Shown here in pieces: positions 27,402-36,496 of a stretch of 64,000 nucleotides of DNA. Origin of the DNA: a virus (lineage: Duplodnaviria; Caudoviricetes). A program made the position numbers and the translations under genes. Location of the stretch: IMG/VR virus record IMGVR_UViG_3300010338_000575; one strand, 5' to 3'. The notes below the pieces were generated by a model. That model saw nothing but the letters and a program-made list of their open reading frames with translations, made no database searches and was not told the DNA's origin. Position 1 is the first letter of the stretch. The number at the start of each line of letters is the position of its first letter.

Positions 27402-28223
27402 ATGCATAAAAACGGTAGACCATATTATTTACCACAAATAAGTGCGCCATATAATATTGTTTTAGATAAATTGAATGATGATAATATTGGTTATAATATC
27501 ATTAGATTTAAACCCAATGATAATGATAAAATATTACCATCACAAAAGGTTATTTATTCAGATATTATTGAAAAATGTGAAATAAATAATAATAACCCGA
27601 TTTGGTTATCAACTGATAATGATGTATTAACAATTTGTGATGGACATCATCGTTATTTTAAGGCTCTTTATGATAATGTGCCGATATTAGGTATTGTATT
27701 GAATGTCTGTTTTAACGATGCTTGTCGTATTTTAAATAAAATTCAAGATATTTTTGATTATGAAAAATCTAAATCAATTGAAAATGACGTTAATCAAAAT
27801 ATAATTGATTTGAAACAAGATGATGAAAATCAATTTTTAAATGCGCTTGAAGAACATAATGGTTTATTAGGTGGTAATAAAAATAATAAAAAAATAATTG
27901 CATATAGAAAAGGTTCAATTATTGAAAATTCGGTTATTGGTAATTTTTTTTGTTTAAATCCAATTAAGGGTTATGATAAATACGAAATTGAATTTGATAA
28001 TTTATTGGATGTGAAAGACTTGGGTGTAAAATATAGAAAAAACGAAAAACCCGTAGATATTTTGTGTAATATTTGGTTTCCGCATATTAATTTTAACACA
28101 CTCGCAAGTAAATATAACGTATCTTTGGATAATTTAAAATATAAGGCAATTACAGAATTTGCAAAAAAATTGGGTTATGACGGTGTTAAATATGATGATA
28201 ATTTAATACAAGGGTTTAAATAA
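27402..28223 (+). CDS. ParB/Srx-like domain plus possible ART-like C-terminal domain
   Basis: PSQK...PIWLS...ICDGHHRY (ParB); IAYR...GNFF...AKKLGYDGVKY resembles ART-PolyVal-like domains. Confidence 0.6.
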   Translation: MHKNGRPYYLPQISAPYNIVLDKLNDDNIGYNIIRFKPNDNDKILPSQKVIYSDIIEKCEINNNNPIWLSTDNDVLTICDGHHRYFKALYDNVPILGIVLNVCFNDACRILNKIQDIFDYEKSKSIENDVNQNIIDLKQDDENQFLNALEEHNGLLGGNKNNKKIIAYRKGSIIENSVIGNFFCLNPIKGYDKYEIEFDNLLDVKDLGVKYRKNEKPVDILCNIWFPHINFNTLASKYNVSLDNLKYKAITEFAKKLGYDGVKYDDNLIQGFK

Positions 28224-28251
28224 TAACATAATTATAATAATATAATGAAAT

Positions 28252-28629
28252 ATGACTAATTATAAAATATCAAACATTACAGATAAATTGAATAAAAGAG
28301 ATGTCAACTATAATAAAATCATTGATTTTAAATTTGTTGACGGTATGTATGTTAGACACATAAAAATTGAACCGGGTGATTTTGTTGTATTAACAATATC
28401 AAAATTACCAATATCAGTACAAAAATATAAATTAAAAAATTTGATAAACATTGAAATAATTGGTGATGATGTTTTGAAAAATTTAAGAGAGTATAAAAAT
28501 ATGGGTATTGTTAATAACAATAAAAAAGATAATATTGACACAATTGATAAGAATTTTAATAGTAAAAAAAATGCTACAAAAAGGAAAAACGAAAAGAGTG
28601 AAAACGTTTCAACAGATTCTGATAAATAA
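28252..28629 (+). CDS. Hypothetical protein
   Basis: 125-aa ORF with Lys-rich tail. Confidence 0.6.
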   Translation: MTNYKISNITDKLNKRDVNYNKIIDFKFVDGMYVRHIKIEPGDFVVLTISKLPISVQKYKLKNLINIEIIGDDVLKNLREYKNMGIVNNNKKDNIDTIDKNFNSKKNATKRKNEKSENVSTDSDK

Positions 28630-28652
28630 TATTGTGTTATAATAGTTACAAT

Positions 28653-28684
28653 AAAAAACCAGCAAAAAATTTTGCTGGTTTTTT
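28653..28684 (+). terminator. Rho-independent terminator
   Basis: AAAAAACCAGCAAAA/TTTTGCTGGTTTTTT inverted repeat. Confidence 0.75.
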
Positions 28685-28758
28685 ATTTAAATTTCAATAT
28701 TTTGTGCCGATAATCGTATATTATTATTGAATAATAAAATTTAATAAATTTTTATAAT

Positions 28759-30153
28759 ATGGATAATAGAATAAGAGTGTTGTTTTATAATACGGATGGT
28801 GCTGGTGTTAATTATTTTAGAACATTAACACCAGCAATTGAATTGGATAAAAATCATAGTAATGAATTTTATACTGAAATTAATCCACAATTAAATTTTG
28901 ACGATCCTAATATAATTAATTATTTAAAATCATTTGACATAATACATTATCATAGACAATTAGTACCCGATTTAAATAAGATGAAATCAATTGCTGATGA
29001 ATTGAAAAAAAATGGGACTATTTTAGTTTGTGATATTGATGATTATTGGCATTTACACCCCAAACACCCATTATATGGTTTAAATATTGAAAAAAAATTA
29101 TACGTTATTGTTCTTGAAAATTTAAAAATTGCTGATTATATTACGACTACAACCGAATTATTTGCAGATGAAATTCGTAAAGTAACTGGTAAAAATAATG
29201 TTATTGTTTTGGAAAATTCAATTGACCCAACATGGATGAAACAATTCCAAAATAATTGGAAGCCCGATCCTGATGGTTTGGTTAGAATTACATATATGGC
29301 AGGTTCATCACATTATGTTGATTTGGAACAGTTAGAAGGTGTTGTTAATGTATTGTGGAATAATCCAGAATTAAAGGGTAAATTTAAAATTATTGTTGCT
29401 GGTTGGGATACACAAGGTGTTACAACGGAAATTACATTAAATCAGGATTTTTTGAGTGATTTACAAAAACGTGGTTTATGGACACAAGAAATGATTAATG
29501 AAATTAATCGAAGCAAGGGGGATGTTAATAAAATTAAAAATTTACCAAATGATTTGAAAAATAAATATAATAACAATATCTTTCTTATAAAAGAAAGAAA
29601 TATAAAATCGGAAGAAAGTGTATATTATTTTTATGAAAAAATATTAACCGATAATCATAGAATTATTGAAAATGAAGATTATAAAAGATGGTTGTTGAAT
29701 TTTGAAAGAAATGTTAAATATCCCAATGAGGGTAATTATGCTAGAAGATGGACACAAAAAGCCAATATTTATGCACAAGTATTGGATGAAACGGATATTG
29801 TTATTGCACCGCTTGCCGATAATCAATTTAATAGAATGAAATCAAATTTAAAACAGGTTGAATGTTGGTCAAGAAAATTACCTATTGTATGTTCTGATAT
29901 ACCACCATATAATGTTGATGGTCGACATATGGAAAATTGTGTATTAATACCCGCAGAAAAAAATGCACATAAATATTGGCAAAAATATCTAAAGAGGTTA
30001 ATATTAGATGCTGATTTACGTAAAAAATTGGGCGAGCAATTATATGAAGATTTTAAAGAAAAATATCATTTAGCAAATGTTACAAAGAAACGTGCTGATT
30101 TTTATAGTAATATAGTTTTGAAAAGAAAATTGAACAATAATAACAATAATTAA
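28759..30153 (+). CDS. GT-B glycosyltransferase (GT4-like)
   Basis: GVNYFR, CDIDDYW, YMAGSSHYVD, DIVIAPLADNQFNRMKSNLKQVE...PIVCSDIPPY. Confidence 0.85.
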   Translation: MDNRIRVLFYNTDGAGVNYFRTLTPAIELDKNHSNEFYTEINPQLNFDDPNIINYLKSFDIIHYHRQLVPDLNKMKSIADELKKNGTILVCDIDDYWHLHPKHPLYGLNIEKKLYVIVLENLKIADYITTTTELFADEIRKVTGKNNVIVLENSIDPTWMKQFQNNWKPDPDGLVRITYMAGSSHYVDLEQLEGVVNVLWNNPELKGKFKIIVAGWDTQGVTTEITLNQDFLSDLQKRGLWTQEMINEINRSKGDVNKIKNLPNDLKNKYNNNIFLIKERNIKSEESVYYFYEKILTDNHRIIENEDYKRWLLNFERNVKYPNEGNYARRWTQKANIYAQVLDETDIVIAPLADNQFNRMKSNLKQVECWSRKLPIVCSDIPPYNVDGRHMENCVLIPAEKNAHKYWQKYLKRLILDADLRKKLGEQLYEDFKEKYHLANVTKKRADFYSNIVLKRKLNNNNNN

Positions 30154-30165
30154 TATCAATAATGT

Positions 30166-31095
30166 ATGATAAATTTTTTTAAAAAAATCGCATTTTGGGT
30201 ATATGTTAAAATACATGGGATATTAATTAATATAAGTATTGCATTACATAATACTGAAGTCGATATATTAAAAGCCGATCCCAATATTTATGATGAAAAG
30301 GATAAAAAAATACAGAGAAAAAGGCATAGAAATGAAATTCTTGAAAAATTTTATGCTGGTCAAACTGATGAAAAGTATATTCAAGAATATTACGAAATTT
30401 TAAAAAAAGCAGATAATTTTATTAAAAATTCAACATATAGAAAAATTGCGATGACTGCTGATAAACATATTAGATATGATGGTGTTGAAAACTATGATGA
30501 TAGTTCTAATGTTGTTAAAGATAAATATGGTAGACGTGTTGCACATTATGGTTTTTTTGATGAAAAACACAAATATTATGGTAAAACACTTGCTGAAGTG
30601 ATTGAAATTGAAAAAAAGGAAAGACGAACAAATGATGATGATTTTGAATTAATTTATATCTTTAATAATAAGCCATATGAATTAGGTATTGTTGATGTTT
30701 TTGATGTTGTTAATGAACAAAAAAACGATATGATGGTTGATGTTAAAAAAATATCAAAAAAATTTAAATTTCCAATTAAAATTTATCGTGATAATGATAA
30801 TATAATTAATAAAATTGAAGAAATTACTGAATATTTGCACGTAAAAAGAATTGGTTTTGAATTTAGACAATTAGAGTTTTTTATTCCATTGCATTTTAAA
30901 ATAGATGAAGTTGAAAATGATTCTGAAATTTTTAAAGAATTAACAAACATAAAAAGTGTGTTTGTTAACGATGATTATGGTAATCTTATTGGTTTTACCG
31001 TAAATAAATTCGTAAAGAGAATAAATTATAATAACACCCATGAAGTTTGGAAATTTGAAGGTGTTGAAATGGATGTTATAAAAACAAAATTATAA
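30166..31095 (+). CDS. Hypothetical protein
   Basis: 309-aa ORF in operon. Confidence 0.6.
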   Translation: MINFFKKIAFWVYVKIHGILINISIALHNTEVDILKADPNIYDEKDKKIQRKRHRNEILEKFYAGQTDEKYIQEYYEILKKADNFIKNSTYRKIAMTADKHIRYDGVENYDDSSNVVKDKYGRRVAHYGFFDEKHKYYGKTLAEVIEIEKKERRTNDDDFELIYIFNNKPYELGIVDVFDVVNEQKNDMMVDVKKISKKFKFPIKIYRDNDNIINKIEEITEYLHVKRIGFEFRQLEFFIPLHFKIDEVENDSEIFKELTNIKSVFVNDDYGNLIGFTVNKFVKRINYNNTHEVWKFEGVEMDVIKTKL

Positions 31096-31121
31096 TAATA
31101 TTAATAATAATTATAATAATT

Positions 31122-31547
31122 ATGAGTAGAATTGTAAAAGCATCGGATGAATTAATTAATTTGTTTAATTCAGTTAGAAAAAAAACAACAATACCTGTTT
31201 GGGTTCAGTTTGAACTTCTTTCAAATAATAAACAAAAAACATTATATAAAATAATGAAAACAAATAATGTCGTCGAAGTGATGACTAATGGTGTCAATTT
31301 TGCAATCATTTTCAATGAATTAATATTTAATGAATTGCCTGATGATATGAAAGTTATTGCTATTGATGAATGTCTTGCGGGTATTTATGTGAATAATTAT
31401 GATAATATTTATTTAGAAAAACCAAATTTCAATACATATATATCAATATTACAAAAATATGGTCATGATTCAATAATAAGATTACATGAATCAATAAAAA
31501 GTTTATATGATGTGAAGAAACAAAATGATGATAATAATGGCGTGTAA
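31122..31547 (+). CDS. Hypothetical protein (distant putative phage metallopeptidase-like fold)
   Basis: AIIFNELIFNELPDD..VIAIDECLAGI resembles phage metallopeptidase helix but lacks HExxH. Confidence 0.4.
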   Translation: MSRIVKASDELINLFNSVRKKTTIPVWVQFELLSNNKQKTLYKIMKTNNVVEVMTNGVNFAIIFNELIFNELPDDMKVIAIDECLAGIYVNNYDNIYLEKPNFNTYISILQKYGHDSIIRLHESIKSLYDVKKQNDDNNGV

Positions 31548-31566
31548 ATAAAAATTGTGTTTTTTT

Positions 31567-31595
31567 AAAACCCAACATAAATTGTTGGGTTTTTT
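31567..31595 (+). terminator. Rho-independent terminator
   Basis: AAAACCCAACA/TGTTGGGTTTT stem plus T tract. Confidence 0.75.
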
Positions 31596-31603
31596 CTTTA
31601 TTA

Positions 31604-31611
31604 GTATTTAT
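31604..31611 (+). promoter_or_regulatory. Putative phage late promoter GTATTTAT
   Basis: Upstream of the baseplate operon. Confidence 0.7.
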
Positions 31612-31628
31612 AAAAAAAATAAAATGAA

Positions 31629-32033
31629 ATGGGTATTAATTCAATAAACATATCATATCCAATTAATGATGATAATCAAAAAGGTGGTTTTGTTAATACA
31701 ACAAAAACGACAAAAGATGCAATTGTTTCAAATTTATTATTACTTTTATTAACAATAAAAGGTGAAAGGTATTATGATCCCGAATATGGGACTAATTTAA
31801 TTAAATCAATTTTTGACCCTAATGATAGTACAACAGAAGGTGAAATTGAATTGGAAATAAAAAATACTGTTCCAAAATATATTTCTAACATTAGAATAAA
31901 TAGTGTTAGTTTTTTAAGAGATAAAGATAATGAGGGTTATGATATTGATGATAATCAATTAATTGTTAACGTTACTTTTACATATGAAGAAGGTACAATT
32001 AATGAAACTAATAGTATTAATATAACATTTTAA
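31629..32033 (+). CDS. Baseplate wedge subunit, T4 gp25-like
   Basis: NLLLLLLTIKGERYYDPEYGTNL...IFDP signature. Confidence 0.88.
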   Translation: MGINSINISYPINDDNQKGGFVNTTKTTKDAIVSNLLLLLLTIKGERYYDPEYGTNLIKSIFDPNDSTTEGEIELEIKNTVPKYISNIRINSVSFLRDKDNEGYDIDDNQLIVNVTFTYEEGTINETNSINITF

Positions 32034-32044
32034 ATAATAATAAT

Positions 32045-33889
32045 ATGGCAGTAAATGTATTAAATAATATTGTTCGATATAATAGTAGAACATTTGGTGA
32101 AATACGTGATGATTTAATAGCATATATAAAGCAAGCATATCCAGAAGTGTTAAAAGATTTTTCAGATTCAAGTGTTGGTGCTGTATTAATTGACCTAAAT
32201 GCTGGTGTTGCTAATAATTTAGCAATAAATACTGATAGAGTGTTTCAAGAAACACAATTGGAATATGCACAACAAAGAGCGTCGATATTAAATATTGCAA
32301 AAAATTTAGGTTTTAATATACCACCCAAAAGACCATCGGTCACTGTGGTTGATTTTACTGTAACAATACCAGTATTGGGTAATAAACCTGATTCTAGTTA
32401 TTATCCAGTGTTGGATGCAGGTGCACAAATTGTTGGTGGTGGTACTGTGTTTGAGACATTATATAAAGTTGATTGGGGTTCAGAAAATAGTTTGTTTGGA
32501 TATCCAAATCGTAAAATTGTGCCTAATTATGATTCAAATGGTATTGTTATTAATTATTTAGTATCAAAAAGAGAAATTGTTGTAAATGGTGCTACTAAAA
32601 TTTATAAAAGAGTAATTACTAATGATGATATTGTGCCTTTTTTTAGTATAACATTACCAGATAATAATGTGATTGATATTGATGGTGTTATTTTAGTTGA
32701 GGGTGTTGATTATAATGTATTACCAACATATGAAGAGTTTTATGACAATAATAAAAGATACTTTGAGGTTGATTATTTAGCGCAACAAAGAGTTTTTATT
32801 GAAGATACATCGAATGTAAAAACCGATTCATCTGGAATTAAGGCTGGTAAATGGTTTGATGTTACTAAGAAATTTATTAAGGAATACACATCACAGGGTT
32901 ATTGTAAATTAATATTTGGTTCTGGTGATCCTGATTTAAATGCATTTGAAAGTGGGTTATTAAAAGAAGATGTTACAAATAAATATTTTCTTGAAAATTT
33001 TTTAAATAATACAGCATTGGGTGAAAAATTAAAGCCAAATCACACATTATTTGTTAAATATAGAATTGGTGGTGGTATTGATTCTAACATTGGTGCTGGT
33101 GTTTTAACACAAATGGGAACGTATAGATTAAATGTATTGGGTTCTCGTACTGATTATAATCAAATTGTGCAAAGAAGTTTAAAAGTGACAAATCCAATAC
33201 CCGCAATTGGGGGTAATGATGGATTGAATGTTGAACAAATAAGACATTTGATAAAATATAATTTTTCAAGCCAAAATAGATGTGTTACGTTAACTGATTA
33301 CATATTACAGATTTATAAAATGCCGGGTAGGTTTGGTTCACCGTTTAGGGTAAATGCCTATAAAGAAAATAATAAAATCATGATATCAATATTGGGTATT
33401 GGTTCGGATGGTAAGTTATCAAATGTTAGTAATAGTTTATTAAAAGAAAATATTGCAGAATATCTTAGTCAATATAGAATGATTAATGATTATATTGAAA
33501 TTAAAGATGGTAAAATATTTAATTTAGCATTTGATATTGATATATTTGTTGATAATATTTCGGATAATACTATCGCAAATAATGTAATTAATATTGTTAA
33601 AAATTATTTGGATATTAATAAAAGTGAAATGAATGAAGATGTGTATTTAGGTCAATTACAAAATGAAATATTGAAAGTTAATGGTGTTATTAATGTAATC
33701 GATATTGTTGTTTATAATAAAGTTGGTGGTAATTATTCATTAAATATGATTGGTCAAGAAATATCAGATATTGGAACTGGTAAAATTAGAATTATTAATA
33801 ATACAATATATTCTGAACGTGATTCGATGTTTGAAATAAAATATCCAGAGAAAGATATTAGAGTTATTATGAGAAAAAAGATATCATAA
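32045..33889 (+). CDS. Baseplate wedge subunit, T4 gp6-like
   Basis: RTFGEIRDDLI, SILNIAKNLGF, LIFGSG, YRIGGG, GGND, SQNRCVTLTDY. Confidence 0.85.
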   Translation: MAVNVLNNIVRYNSRTFGEIRDDLIAYIKQAYPEVLKDFSDSSVGAVLIDLNAGVANNLAINTDRVFQETQLEYAQQRASILNIAKNLGFNIPPKRPSVTVVDFTVTIPVLGNKPDSSYYPVLDAGAQIVGGGTVFETLYKVDWGSENSLFGYPNRKIVPNYDSNGIVINYLVSKREIVVNGATKIYKRVITNDDIVPFFSITLPDNNVIDIDGVILVEGVDYNVLPTYEEFYDNNKRYFEVDYLAQQRVFIEDTSNVKTDSSGIKAGKWFDVTKKFIKEYTSQGYCKLIFGSGDPDLNAFESGLLKEDVTNKYFLENFLNNTALGEKLKPNHTLFVKYRIGGGIDSNIGAGVLTQMGTYRLNVLGSRTDYNQIVQRSLKVTNPIPAIGGNDGLNVEQIRHLIKYNFSSQNRCVTLTDYILQIYKMPGRFGSPFRVNAYKENNKIMISILGIGSDGKLSNVSNSLLKENIAEYLSQYRMINDYIEIKDGKIFNLAFDIDIFVDNISDNTIANNVINIVKNYLDINKSEMNEDVYLGQLQNEILKVNGVINVIDIVVYNKVGGNYSLNMIGQEISDIGTGKIRIINNTIYSERDSMFEIKYPEKDIRVIMRKKIS

Positions 33890-33892
33890 GAA

Positions 33893-34141
33893 ATGGAAAT
33901 TATTCGCAAAACAATATTGCAAGCGGTTACAACTGGTACAACATCATCAAATGTGGATGGTGGTTTTATTATTGTGCCAGATTTAACTGCTATTTATAAT
34001 ATAAAATTTGGTTTGGTTCAAGATGTAAATGATGTTGGTTTTTTATCGGCATTTGTTGAAAATAAATATCAATATTATTATTATGGTGATGATATTAATG
34101 CAATTGGTATCGGTGAAGAATTATTGGATTTTTTCATATGA
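33893..34141 (+). CDS. Hypothetical virion protein
   Basis: 82-aa ORF in baseplate operon. Confidence 0.55.
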   Translation: MEIIRKTILQAVTTGTTSSNVDGGFIIVPDLTAIYNIKFGLVQDVNDVGFLSAFVENKYQYYYYGDDINAIGIGEELLDFFI

Positions 34142-34160
34142 AAATGTGTTTTAGATTATT

Positions 34161-35057
34161 ATGAAGTATGTTCATTCGCTATGGTCAAAGCCAGCAACCA
34201 CAAATAATTTTGATAATAATTATGATGTTAAATATATCACAAAAAATTTTTATACATATTTATTGAGTTTATTATTGGTGAAACGATTGGGATATTCAAT
34301 GGAATTATATTGTGATGAGTTAACTTTTGAATATTATAATAAATTACCATATGATAAATTTAATATTGTTGATTTTGATAGTGATGGTATTAGTTCTAAA
34401 TTTTGGATTTGGGGTAAAATAAAGACCCATTTAATGATGAATGAACCGTATATACATATTGATGGTGATGTTTTATTGTTTAAAGATGTGATTGGGAATA
34501 AATTTGATAACACATATTCGGTTATTGTGCAATCAGTAGAAGATGATAAAACAATACCAAACTCATTTAATGATTTGTATAGAAACGGTTATAAACCATT
34601 TGAAAACATATATATTAATTATGGAAAATATGATTATGTTGCTTATAATTGTGGTGTTGTTGGATTTAACGATATTAAATTTAAAAACGAATATGCTAAT
34701 AATGTGAAAAATGTATTATATTATTTATCAAATAATTCTGATTTCGATCATAATAGGCAAAAATATAATGGTATGTTTTTAATTGCAGAACAATCATTAT
34801 TATACTATATGACGAAAGAAAAAAATATTAAAGTATTTGAAATAATACCGTATGAATTAATAAAAAATAATAATTATAGTTTTGATTATTGGTATTCTGA
34901 TTTACCAAAACAAATTGGATATTGTCATTTATTAGGATATTCTAAATATAAATTAAGTAACATTAATAAAATTAAATTAATTATAAAAAATAATTTTCCA
35001 GAATATTATAGTATTGTTACCGATTTTGAAAAGAAATATAACGTTAATTTAAATTAA
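34161..35057 (+). CDS. Nucleotide-sugar transferase-like protein (DUF6734-like)
   Basis: HSLWSKP, FWIWGKI, PYIHIDGDV (DxD), YNCGVVG, AEQ, HLLG. Confidence 0.6.
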   Translation: MKYVHSLWSKPATTNNFDNNYDVKYITKNFYTYLLSLLLVKRLGYSMELYCDELTFEYYNKLPYDKFNIVDFDSDGISSKFWIWGKIKTHLMMNEPYIHIDGDVLLFKDVIGNKFDNTYSVIVQSVEDDKTIPNSFNDLYRNGYKPFENIYINYGKYDYVAYNCGVVGFNDIKFKNEYANNVKNVLYYLSNNSDFDHNRQKYNGMFLIAEQSLLYYMTKEKNIKVFEIIPYELIKNNNYSFDYWYSDLPKQIGYCHLLGYSKYKLSNINKIKLIIKNNFPEYYSIVTDFEKKYNVNLN

Positions 35058-35066
35058 TAAAAAACA

Positions 35067-35504
35067 ATGATTAGTGGTACTACGAAAAATAGTAGATTGT
35101 ATGAATTGAAAAAATATGTTGTTACAAATAATTTTATGGAACAATATGTTGGCAATGGTTCATATAATAATAATGGTGTTGATTATAATAATTCAGTTGA
35201 TGACGAATATATAACATATTATATTGATGGTATTAAATATGTTGATGATTTAACTCAAAATATTACAACATTTTATACGTCACCATCAATTACAAGTAGT
35301 CCGAATTTTATTAATACTAATTATTTTAAAGATTTTAATAAAGAAAATATAATAAACAATCCAAAAATACATAATGATGTATTTATTGATAGATATGAAC
35401 AATCTGTATTTATTGATAATTATAGATTAAGATATGTTACTAATTTATCCGATTTAACAACATTTGTTGGTGGAATTTATTTTAATATAATAAATAATAC
35501 ATAA
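35067..35504 (+). CDS. Hypothetical virion protein
   Basis: 145-aa ORF in baseplate cluster. Confidence 0.55.
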   Translation: MISGTTKNSRLYELKKYVVTNNFMEQYVGNGSYNNNGVDYNNSVDDEYITYYIDGIKYVDDLTQNITTFYTSPSITSSPNFINTNYFKDFNKENIINNPKIHNDVFIDRYEQSVFIDNYRLRYVTNLSDLTTFVGGIYFNIINNT

Positions 35505-35505
35505 T

Positions 35506-36408
35506 ATGGCTGTTGGAACATATGGAATTACAAGACCTGCTGATGTAAGTATCGATGATATCGATATTTATTATAATTATACACCAAATAGGGAAACCTT
35601 TAATGATGTTATTTATAAATTAAATGCTAATGAAATTTTATCATATAATATATTACCTGATGAAGATAAAATTGATGGTAGTGATAACATTTTAGAGGGT
35701 TTGTATAATTTAAAACTACCTGCAAGTGTTTTTAATAAATTGGGTATATATACTATTTATATTAAACCCAAACGAATTATTACAACTATTGTTGATTGTG
35801 GTGTGTTATCATCGTTATCAAATGTAAGAGGTATTGTGTTAGATGCGAATCAATTACCAGATGGATTAAAATCAAATAATGCGTTACAAGGATATCGAAT
35901 TGAATATATAGATACGCTGACAAATAAAAAAATTAGAAATCTTTCTAGATTTGTTGTCACATCAAATAAAGTAATTCCTGTTGTTGATAACAGTAATGGT
36001 GCATCAGAAAAATCAACACGATATAAATTTGATGATAGTAGTAACTTATTATTTTTACAATTAACACCAAGTAGTTCATCCGACATTAAATCAAATTTAT
36101 TACCATTTATTGGTACTGCCAATCAAAAAATAATAATATCAAATACGTTTTTTTCACCAGTTGTATTAGAAATTGATTTAGTTGCAAATACGATTGACAC
36201 ATTAACTGATTTAGTTGGTGGTGAAGTGATAAAAGATATTGATAATGGTATTATTACGTATTTTGATTCGAATCGAAATATAACAAGACAATTTAATGTT
36301 TATGAAATTAAAGATGATTTTGGTAATGTATCGTTATTTGAAGTAAAAGAAAGACGTACAAATATTGATGAATCACAAGATTTTGATGTTGTTACAAATG
36401 GTATTTAA
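35506..36408 (+). CDS. Hypothetical virion protein
   Basis: 300-aa beta-rich ORF in baseplate cluster. Confidence 0.6.
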   Translation: MAVGTYGITRPADVSIDDIDIYYNYTPNRETFNDVIYKLNANEILSYNILPDEDKIDGSDNILEGLYNLKLPASVFNKLGIYTIYIKPKRIITTIVDCGVLSSLSNVRGIVLDANQLPDGLKSNNALQGYRIEYIDTLTNKKIRNLSRFVVTSNKVIPVVDNSNGASEKSTRYKFDDSSNLLFLQLTPSSSSDIKSNLLPFIGTANQKIIISNTFFSPVVLEIDLVANTIDTLTDLVGGEVIKDIDNGIITYFDSNRNITRQFNVYEIKDDFGNVSLFEVKERRTNIDESQDFDVVTNGI

Positions 36409-36430
36409 TAATTAATTTTTTATAAAAAAT

Positions 36431-36463
36431 AAAAATCCCAATACAATAAATTGGGATTTTTTT
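36431..36463 (+). terminator. Rho-independent terminator
   Basis: AAAAATCCCAAT/ATTGGGATTTTT stem plus T tract. Confidence 0.75.
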
Positions 36464-36471
36464 ATATTATC

Positions 36472-36479
36472 GTATTTAT
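36472..36479 (+). promoter_or_regulatory. Putative phage late promoter GTATTTAT
   Basis: Upstream of GTG 36497. Confidence 0.7.
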
Positions 36480-36496
36480 AATAAATTGAATATAAA

